DNA of 64,000 bases from Camelus dromedarius. Taxonomy: Eukaryota. Position 1 is the first letter of the stretch. Every line of letters begins with the position of its first letter. Positions 13,201-24,100 of the stretch are shown one piece after another. The stretch lies in the NCBI RefSeq assembly GCF_036321535.1, contig NC_087437.1, positions 64,296,001 through 64,360,000 on the forward strand, in the 5' to 3' direction. The notes under the pieces are model-generated. The model was not told the origin of the DNA. It saw only the letters and a program-made list of their open reading frames with translations, and did no database searches. A program made the position numbers and the translations under genes.

Positions 13201-15786
13201 GACACGCTCTACCACGTGCTCTACATTGGCACCGGTGAGCCCACCGTGCCTGTTCTTCGAGTGGGAGGAGTTTGAGGGGTGGGGGCTGGACTGCAAGGTT
13301 GCGGGGCCTTCAAGGACACCCTCATTTGGCCCCTCCAGAGTCGGGCACCATCCTGAAGGCGCTGTCCACCACAAGCCGCAGCCTCCGTGGCTGCTACCTG
13401 GAGGAGCTGCACGTGCTGCCCCCCGGGCGTCGGGAGCCGCTGCACAGCCTGCGCATCCTGCACAGCGCCCGCGCGCTCTTCGTGGGGCTGAGCGATGGCG
13501 TGCTGCGGGTCCCTCTGGAGAGGTGCGCCGCCTACCGCAGCCAGGGGTGAGTGGGCACCCTGGACGGCGGGCGGGCCTCCCCACCCAGATACCCCGCAAT
13601 CGCAATAGCCTTCGCAGTCGAGCTCAGAAGGTGGAGCTTTGGAGAGGTCGACCTCGGGTGGCATCCTGGAGCCGTCTCCAGTTGCATGCCTTTGGACAAG
13701 TCACTTAACCTCTCTGAACTCTGGCTTCCTCCTCGTGAAATCTCTGCAAGGTTTTTGTGAAGGATAATTAGGATAATCTGCCAAAACCACTAATCACTTC
13801 CCTGGGGGAAGGAAGTATGTGTTGAGCAAACGGTGGTGGCTGTTGTCATCCTTGTTGTTATGCCCACAGTTCCGGCCTGTGGCCATCTCTAGCCCACTTG
13901 ATTTACTCTCAGTCCCTTCAGTTCAGAGAGTGGTCTTTAACTTTGAAACCACAGCACTTATTCTCCAGATGTGAGGACAGGTGGAAGATGCTTTTATTAT
14001 AGACTGGACCCTTGGACTCTTTAATCAATAGAAATTGATAAGACACCAGAAGAGAATTCCAGGCAAGGCTTTATTGGGGCTTGTGCTGCAGCAAGAAGCA
14101 GCAAAAACAAGTAACAGGTGCCCTTGCTCACTCTGGGAGAGGAGCTGCTTGGGTCCTAAAAGGGGCTGATGACAGGGGTGTGTCCGAGTGTTGGACAGAA
14201 GGTGTAGCTTCAGTGGTCAGCCCACCCCCTTGGTGGCGCTGTGTGCTGGGATCACGCACAGTATCCTGCTTTTGCTCCCAGTGCCCTCCTTTTGATTCTG
14301 ACACCTCAGAAATGGCAGTTGGTTTGTGGCCTTTTCGTATCTTAATGTTCATAATTGCCCCAACTTCAGGTAAAGGGTCCCAGGTCCCAGACTGTCTCAC
14401 TTGGAGCCAGCTCCCAAGTTTGTTCCTCTAACCTCCCAACTTGGAAGAGGCAGAGAGACCTGGCCTGGGTGGGGTGGAGGTGAGGAACAAGGTGGAGACA
14501 CAACATTCGTGTCCCAGCTGCTTCTGTAATCAGTTCTCCACACCTTAGCTTCAAATGGATTCACAAATTTGGCAACAGTGACACTAGCATTTAAGCTAGA
14601 AACAAAAGCCTATCCCAAAGCCAAATGGAAAGGTATCTCAGACTCCTAACCATGTGAGGCTACCCTGAACTGCACCCCCTCACTTCAGAGATAATCAAAA
14701 GCTGCCTTTAGCTGGTGTAGCCACAGCCAGGTGGGCTCCTGTGGTCTTTGCAACACAGGGACCTCCTGGATGTGCCCATCTGTCCTTGAGACTAGGGAGA
14801 CAAATGGCATCCCTACTGCCAAGCATTATTCTCCAGCCCCAGTAAAGTGTGCTGGGAGCTGAGCAGAGGCCTGGAGAGATGGGGGAGGCTGGAAGGTCAG
14901 GGTGTGACAGCGGGGAGTGGGTAGAGTGTGACAGCGGGGAGGGCATAGGGTGTGACAGCGGGGAGGGGGTAGGGTGTGACAGTGGGGAGGGGGTAGGGTG
15001 GGCAGCTGGGAGACACCCAAGCTCCCCTCAGCCCCAGCTCAGGGCTCCATCAGCAAAACACCAAATATTTGCTAAGCCCTCCCATGGTCAGAGCACTTTG
15101 CAGGGTTGCCGGCATAAGAGGAGGGAGGCAAGACGAAAGAGGCCTGAAACACTCTCATTTCCCTCAGAGCTCTAGATGTCTGGTTGGGGAGAAAAACCTT
15201 GGCCTGAATCTGATGTGTGGGGAGAGACAGCGGGGGTTAAATGGGAGGGACTCATGTGGTGGGATTGGGCACACCTGGGCTCCATCTCAGCTCCACCATC
15301 CACTCACTCTGTGATCTTGAGCAGGTTACTTAACCTTGAGCATCAGCTTTCTCACCTGGAAAATAGGGGGAAATTGTGATGGAGCAGGTGATCTTTAATT
15401 TTGGCAGAGGAGTTAAGGATTGGGAGTAATTTCATGAAGTACCTATTCCAGCGAGTCGTCAGTGATATCTAATGTCCTTATTCCTTTTTTATCTCCACAA
15501 ATGCATTTAGGAACCCTCCAGCCTCCTGGGCTCTCTAGAGTCTCAGACTCTGTGACACTGAATACAGACAGCACTTCTTGGCAGTGAATCACATTTCCCT
15601 CATATCTTGTGTTCTTCTTTAACTCCTGGGTCGTTATTAAACTTTTCGCATGTACATTGTTCTTTAACAGGTTGTAAATCCTTGAAGGCAAACCTACTAT
15701 ACCAGTATTTTTTATATTCCATCAGGGGCTATGCCCAGCCCCAGGCACAAAATGGCCTTCCACACGTGACTAATCTTTCGGTTGAT

Positions 15787-15817
<31 letters not shown>

Positions 15818-18800
15818 GGCCTGAAAGGAGGTTCGTGCAGGAGAGGAGTGGGGAATGGGATGGAAAGTGGATTGAGGCCAGCTGAGAATGCCAAGGGAGG
15901 ATTTTGACTTGAATCCTGTGACTTGGGGCACTGAAGTGGTCTTTGAGCCAGGGAATGGAGTGACAAGCCGTATGAATAGGTGTTTTACAAAGATCAATCA
16001 GACAGCGAGTGGCATTGTCGCGGGGCAGATGGTTGGCCAGCGTGAGCTGGGGTGGCTTTAGGCCAGATATGAAGTAATGGGGTCTGCAGTGGAATGAGAA
16101 AGGATGAAGCCGGGACATTTCCTTAGTCACATGGCGCTGCAGGGGAGACAGGGAGATTGCCGTAGCGTGGCTAGGTGGAACAGCAAGGTAGACAAAGGTC
16201 AGTTTGGAGTCTGATACTTTTTTTTTCATTCTATTTGGTTTCCTGAGTTTGGGATAAGAGCTCTTGATGTGCACAGTGGGAACCCTGCCATAAAGCTATA
16301 GGTGGTTCAAAACATGTAAAATGTGAGGTCTCTTTATTGCAAAGTTTATAAAATGACCAGAGTAAGCCCATGCTGCCACCAAGCTGTGTACTCTGGGAGT
16401 CTGGGACCCACTGCCCATCACACTATAGCAGAAATTGTGCTGTTGTGAGGCGGGTTGTCACAGGGTTTTACTGGGGACCAGGATCGACATTTCCTACTTT
16501 TCTCCTTATTCCTTCCAAAGCTGGCAGGAAGCTGAGGGTGGGTAAGCAGAGTCCTTCAGGCCCCCTCCTCTTCCCGGAAACCATGGCTTGTCTCCAGGCC
16601 CCTCCCTTCACTCAGGCAAACCTCAGCCCTGTGGGGCACAAGCAGGACCCTGGCCTGGCCAGAGAGAGACCAGGGCTCACAGGAGGAGGAGCAGAGGGAA
16701 GGAACAGCTGACTGGCTCTACAGAGCAGGTGCTTATGCGTGAAGAACCACCCCCTTCTTCCTTCCAGGCTGCCTTTCATGTGCCCTGGAGGGAAGGGGCC
16801 CTTCTACACCAGCTCCTCCCAACCTTCCTCCCTGACAGGGGGTCTGGGCACCCCCTCCACTGCCATCTTAAGTAATGGCCACTTGCTCCCAAGCACCACC
16901 CTGGACAGCTCCAATTGTGAAACTGTTGCTATATGGTTCCAGAATCCACTTGCTTGCTAATTCCACCATCCATCTCTGTCCTGCCTTGGAGCCCATCGAA
17001 TGAAACTGTTCCCTTTCATAATGGCTGCTTGAAACATTGCAGTAAAAAAGACATGGTGATATATTATCAGCCTGATGGCTGCTTCTGTGAAAGAAACTTT
17101 AAACTGCCACCCATTTCTACAGTCAGAAACACACTTCTCCTCTGCTTGGAGCTTTAATTTTCTTAAGAATGTTCTCTGCTCTGTAAGCTTTAGAGTGACC
17201 TTTGGCTGAAAGCAGTGAATGTGGACAAGAAGAGAGCTTGGGCACTGGCGCCAGGGAGGTCTCCCTGGCCCCCTCAGGCAGCCAGAGGCCGGGGCAGGGC
17301 AGGGCAGGGCAGAGCAGAGCAGGATTGTCTGCCGAGAATCTGCTCTTCTCTTTCTTTGGGAGAACTGAGAGCAGGAGAGGCTGAGATGGTGAGGGAGCCT
17401 GAAGCAGGTGGGGATGCTGCGGCCAGCATCGACTCCGTGTTTCTCTTTGCTCTTTTCTTATCCTGTCATGGATTGGAAAGACAAGCACTTCATCCCTTGG
17501 CTTGGGAACTCTGATGACAAAAGTGGCCCTGGAGAGGCAGTTCTAATGCCATTCATTAGAATCACCTGAGGAGTGTTTCAAATGCTCCAGTGCCTGGGCG
17601 TCCAGTCCAGAAGGCCCAGCAATAGACGGGCGTTTTGTTTGCTTTAGCGTTTCAAAAGGTCCCCGGGAGATTCTAATTTGCAGTCAGAATTGGGGACGAC
17701 TGTTCTAGAGCTGGTTCGGCCCTAGCTGAAAGAAGTAGCACAAGGCAGACTGCATCCCTCCCGAGTCTTCTGCTGTTTTTAAATTGAATAGTTGACTTAC
17801 AATGTAGTGTTAGTTTCTGGTGTACAGCACAGTGATTCAGTTATACATATATACATATGTTCTTTTTCATATTCTCTTCCATCATGGTTTATTATAGGAT
17901 ATTGAATATAGTTCCCTGTGCTATACGGTAGGACCTTGTTGTTTATCTATTTTATATATAGTAGTTAGTATCTGTTAATCCCAAACTCCTAATATATCCC
18001 TCCCCCACCCTCTTTCCTCTTTGCTGACCGTGAGTTTGTTTTCCATGTCTGTGAGTCTGTTTCTGTTTTGTAAATAAGTTCATCTGTGTCATATTTTAGA
18101 TTCCACATTTAACTGATATCATATGGTATTTGTCATTCTTTGTCTGACTTACTTCATTGAGTATGATAATCTCTGGGTCCATCCATGTTGCTGCAAATGG
18201 CATTATTTCATTCTTTTTTATGGCTGAGGGCTGAGTAATATTCCACTATGTGTATATATCTCTCTCTCTCACATCTTCTTCATCTACAGAATCTTCTGTT
18301 TTTATCTTATGTAAATCAAATTTTCTGTTCTTATCCATTCTTTGTACTGGCAGACATTTATTTTTGATGAATAGAGTCTTATTATTATTATTATCATCAT
18401 CATCATTAATATTATTAATCACTAGTCATGGCCAGTTCTTTTTTTATTATTTAATCTATACTGCTTGTAAAGTGCCATGTCAGTGCTTCTAGAGTTTCAT
18501 ACCCGTTTCTGAGAGCTGAGGGAAATACACTTGGGAGTGGGCTTTCCTGAGTCCTGACTGGCTGAATTTGCTGGCAGCAGATTTGGCCCAAATGTCAGCC
18601 AGTGAGCAGAATCTCAAAACCTCAGGTTGCTGGGACTATCTTGGCACATGTATTGTATTTACTCCCATGATATCTAGTTTGATGTATTTGCATGTGAAAC
18701 ACCCCCAAATCAAACCGTTGATCCCAGGTGAAAATATGAGCACATGTACATTGTACAATTTAAACAAACTGTCTTTGAACAAATGAAGTAGAAATATAGC

Positions 18801-21126
18801 CGAGTGGGCCCGAGTATGCCTACTGGGGTCCAGCAAGGCTGTCACCCCCTGAAACCCCAAGTATCACCTCCATTATATGAGGTCATGGGTTGCCAGAGCA
18901 AGGAGAGCACTGTTTTCTGGGTGGGGAAGCCCCACTCTTCTTTGTAAGGTCTCTCATATAACTGCTTCTCTCTCTGGGGCCTGACATGGTCTATTGAACT
19001 CAGTGAAAATATAGGGGAATTTCCCTGAAGCTTCAAGAGATTAGAAAGATTCTATCCTGGAGACACCAACAGGGGCAGCCCCTTGACTCCTTTGTGTATC
19101 CCTTTAGCCGTCAGCAGCCTGGGCCCCTTGGCCAGTGGAAAATCCCTCTGCAGACTCCTGTCGTGGTGTGGGCTCACCCTCTCTCTTTGTCATCCAGCAC
19201 CGCCTTCACCCCAAGTCTCTTCTGCTTTCTAACCTCCAATTTCTGCCCCACTCTCAGTGCTCCCCTTGGCCCTCTGCAGCAGCAGGCGGGGTGGAAGCTG
19301 GGGAAGGAGGCAGAAGGACCCAGGGTACCCCCTGGGTTGGCAATGGGCTCTCTGGGTGTTGGAGGAAACTTCCTTCAGGCTCAGAATCTGATGTTCTGTT
19401 TACTTAGCAAATGGCCAGCAAACCCTGATTCTAGAATTCCCATGCTCTTTCTCCTCCCTGAAGTTTTACTAGTAGCGATGTAATTATTTTGCTGTTGTTA
19501 AAAACTGTAGAGGATACAATGACTAAGTCAGAAAGAGGGAAGAGAGAAGCCTAGTCTGTGAGAAGTGGAGGCTTTGGGGCCTGCATCGGTGTGGGAACTG
19601 TTACCTCTCCTGGGTCACTGCAGATAGACCAGCCCTGGCATCTCTGGGGGAATTTTTAAGCCCCCCATGACATCCACCAGAGAGTCTTGCCTGGGGTGGG
19701 CCCCAGCTATCAGGTTTCTTTTTAAAGCTCCTTTAGTGATTCTAATGTGCAGCCAGGGTGGAGACCCACTGGGCCAGATCATCTGTAAGGTCCTTCCCAT
19801 CACTCTATAACTAGAGCGACTGACAGGGAGGTGCTCCCTCTTTGGATTTCTGTTCAGCACATTTTCTGTGGCCCTAGAGGGGAAGTGTGGGCACCCAGAC
19901 TCAGGGAAGGCACTGGTCTCTTGGTTAAGTGTATGGGCTCAGGGACAAGAGTGCGAGCCCATGTTCTGCTTTCTGGGTTTCCACCAAATAACATGGGGAT
20001 GGTAACAGTTCCTTCCTCATCAAGTTGTTTTATGGAGTTATTCATGCTTATAAAGTGCTTGAAATGATGCCTGGCACACAGTGAGTACTCTGTGAACTTA
20101 GTTCTTGTTGTGGAGGACACCTGGATGGAGAGGAGTACCCAGGGTGGGGTGTCCAGGGGTATTCTTGGGATACAGGTGAGGGTGGGAGCCCAGTGGGCTT
20201 GAGTTTCAGGATGTCTGTCTGGCAGGGCCTGCCTGGGGGCACGGGACCCGTACTGCGGCTGGGACGGGAAGCAGCAACGTTGCAGCACGCTCGAGGAGAG
20301 CTCCAACATGAGCCTGTGGACCCAGAACATCACAGCATGTCCTGTGAGAACCCCTTCGTACCCCAACTAGAGACCTCTCCCCTCAAATTCAGGCCGGGAT
20401 TCCCCACCAGTATTCCCACATTCCCTGGGACCTCGTGCCTTCCCTACCTCTGCCTTATGTGACAGGGTCCTGCTCCCCATGTGTGCCTGCAGGTGCGGAA
20501 TGTGACTCAGGATGGGGGCTTTGGCCCGTGGTCACCATGGCAACCATGTGAGCACTTAGATGGGGACAACTCAGGCTCTTGCCTGTGTCGGGCCCGAGCC
20601 TGTGATTCCCCCCGACCCCACTGTGGGGGCCGAGACTGCCTGGGGCCAGCCATCCACATCGCCAACTGCTCCAGGTATGTAAGGATACAGGAGTTGCTGG
20701 TGGTGGCCTTGGCATGGAGTTGGGGAAGAGAGGAAACAGGGCTTCTCCAGTCAGGACACAGAAACGACTTCAGGGCTGTGCAGGGGGCTGGACAGGTAAC
20801 TGACATCTGAGGCAGCAAACATGAGCCCTGGGGGAGTTTCCACTCCAGTAGGAAAGAAGTCTCTACCTTGTGGGTGGTCTTCATACAAAGAGGAAGTCTG
20901 GATAGGCATGGGAGTCACCCCTAGACAGACTGTAACCTCAGTAAGCCTTGATGTCCCAAACAGGAAGGACAGCATGGGATGGTGGTAAGGTAGGCACACC
21001 TGGTGACAGTCCTGGATTGCTAGTGTCTGGTGTGACCTTGGTCAAGCCACCCAACCACTCTGAGTTTCTCTAAATGAAGGTTACAGTGCCCGCCCTGAGG
21101 GTCGTTGTGAGGGGTAAATGAGATTT

Positions 21127-21166
<40 letters not shown>

Positions 21167-24100
21167 GTGCTCGCACACTGCCTGCTACCTGGGCACCCCA
21201 TAAAGTGGTTAAAATAAATAACCTGTAATTCTGGATACTCTTAAAATAACTTAATTTTATATACATTTATTAACTTAACCATCACAACCACCTTACGGAG
21301 TAGGAATATTATCATTATCCTTACTTTAAAGATACAAGCATGATGATGCACAGGTTTCATTAACTGCCCAGCCTTAAACAGCCAGTAAGTGGTGGAGCCA
21401 ACATGTGAAAATTGGAGTCAAAGTTGACAAGAGTGAGTGGTGTTTTGAGGTTGGAGCAAAGCACGAGCAGTAGGAGAACCGGGGAGAAGGCATGGGTGCA
21501 TGTGCAAGGGTCCACCAACCAAGAAGGCTGGAACAAATGTTGCACATGGGAAAGGCAACTGGCGCTTTCTTCTCTAGAGAATGTGTCCTTTGACCTGTGA
21601 GTAGGGGCCGTGTCCTATCTCTGTGCTTTAACTCTGAGCACAGCCTGATGTATGGAAGAAGGCTCTCAACCCATGCTCAGGGGATGAGCAATGAATGGAT
21701 GATTTGGCCTGAGACAGCCTGGTTAGGAGTTATTTTCTATCAGTGTCTGGGCTTCCTGACAATACAAAATCCATCAGAGCAGATGTAGATCAGATCTAAG
21801 AAGCTAGGGCTCATCTGTCTCTGTCCCCTCTGGCCCCACCAGGAATGGGGCGTGGACCCCGTGGTCGTCGTGGGCCCTGTGCAGCACGTCCTGTGGGATC
21901 GGATTCCAGGTCCGCCAGCGCAGTTGCAGCAACCCTGCTCCCCGCCACGGGGGCCGCATCTGCGTGGGCAAGAGCCGGGAGGAGCGGTGAGCTAGGATGT
22001 GGCTGGAGGGTTCTCTGGGAAGCCACCCCTGAGGCCCCAGACTTTTCCCTTAGAAAGTGGTCTGGATTCTCCGAGTAGTCCAGTGGACTCTCGTTCTCCC
22101 AGAGACCTCTTGTCAGGGAAAGGAGTACCCGCTCCCTAAAGTGATGACTCCGACCCCTCTTCCCCTCAGGTTCTGTAACGAAAACACGCCTTGCCCGGTG
22201 CCCATCTTCTGGGCAAACTGGGGCTCCTGGAGCAAGTGCAGCAGCAACTGTGGGGGCGGCGTGCAATCGCGGCGTCGGGCCTGTGAGAACGGCAACTCCT
22301 GCCCCGGCTGCGGCGTGGTGAGCGCCAGGCCAGGGGGCGGGCGTGGGATGCTTGGACCTCAAGCCAAGGGTAGGGCAGGCGGGGCTGGAGCGCAGGGCAA
22401 GCCTGGGGCTGCGAGGCTGTGAAACAGCACCTGCTCCCATCTCAAAGGAGTTCAAGACGTGCAACCCCGAGGGCTGCCCCGAAGTGCGGCGCAACACGCC
22501 CTGGACGCCGTGGCTGCCCGTGAACGTGACCCAGGCAGGGGCGCGGCAGGAGCAGCGCTTCCGCTTCACGTGCCGCGCACCCCTTCCCGACCCCCACGGC
22601 CTGCAGTTTGGCAGAAGAAGGACGGAGACCAGAACCTGCCCCGCAGATGGCTCCGGAGCCTGCGACACAGATGGTACAGACCTGTGCCTCCCCACCTGTC
22701 TCCCTCCCTCCCAGCCCAGAGCAATGGGCACGGATGGGGGCCAGGAACCAGAGGTTGGGGGTGGGGGGTGGGGAGAGGGTGCACAGTTTGGAAGAAGGCG
22801 GGAGGCCTTTGGGCTGCAGTGGGGACCGCTGGGCGCCTTCTGTGGCTGAAGCCAGTCCCCCTCTATCCCCCTAGCCCTAGTGGAGGATCTCCTGCGCAGC
22901 GGGAGCACCTCCCCGCACATGGTGAGTGGGGGCTGGGCTGCCTGGGACCCGTGGTCATCCTGCTCCCGGGACTGCGAGCAGGGCTTCCGCGTCCGCAAGA
23001 GAACCTGCACGAACCCAGAGCCCCGCAATGGGGGCCTGCCCTGCGTGGGGGACGCGGCAGAGTACCAGGACTGCAACCCGCAGGCTTGTCCAGGTAACCC
23101 TGCACTGAGGAATCTTGGCCCAGGGAGACTCCTGCGCTTACCCAGGCCACAACTCATGCCTGGAGACCTCTTCTCCCTGCCAACTCTGTACAACAGGCCC
23201 CAGAGCACTTTTTTTGCCCTGAACGTGGCCACAGCAGCTCCTTGGGTGGAGTCTGGCATTTCCACACCCTCACTTTTTTCTCTCCTCTAGTAGGTTAGCC
23301 AGATAAGGCACTTGATTTGAGGCAGAGTTGGATTTTGGTGTCTGCAGCCTGCATTTTTCCCTCCACCCCTGAGGGGAGGGACACTCCCCAATAGTGGGCT
23401 ATGGCGTGGATTAGGGCAGATGTCAAGTGCACAGTGGCCCAGGGCAGAGTAGCCTAGCCTGGGATGGGGTAGAAGACCTGCACCTGTGCCCCCCTTCACA
23501 CACCCCATTCCCTTGCAGTGCGGGGTGCCTGGTCCTGTTGGACCTCGTGGTCCCCATGTTCAGCCTCCTGCGGTGGCGGCCACTATCAACGCACCCGTTC
23601 CTGCACCAGCCCTGCGCCCTCCCCAGGCGAGGACATCTGTCTTGGGCTGCACACGGAGGAGGCACTCTGTGCCACACAGGCCTGCCCAGGTACTGAGTGC
23701 ATCTGGCAGGGACTGGGGAGCACCTTGGAGCCTGCCCATCCCCACTAGGGGGTCCTGGTGGTTAACCTCATCCCAACCCACAACCCACAGAAGGCTGGTC
23801 ACCATGGTCTGAATGGAGTACATGCACCGAGGATGGAGTCCAAAGCCGCAGCCGACACTGCGAGGAGCTGGTCCCCGGGCCCAGTACCTGCACTGGAAAC
23901 AGCAGTCAGAGCCGCCCCTGCCCCTACAGCGAGATTCCTGGTCAGTCTTTGAGCCAGCACCTTCACACCAACCCCTCCCACCCCGAGCCCCCAACTTCCT
24001 TCCCCTCTGAAGGATCCTGGGGGATACAGGATGAAATGCCACAGTGGGAGGTACACACACTTTGGATCTTTGCCCCTCCTCATCTAGTGGGTAGGTCAAC

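Noticed and set aside
14899..15000. Regular repeats resembling a CRISPR array
   Set aside because: Head-to-tail minisatellite without spacers, in mammalian DNA
21811..23265. 484-aa minus-strand ORF, the longest in the track
   Set aside because: Antisense shadow of GC-rich SEMA5B exons and introns; non-ATG start, low-complexity composition, no recognisable domain
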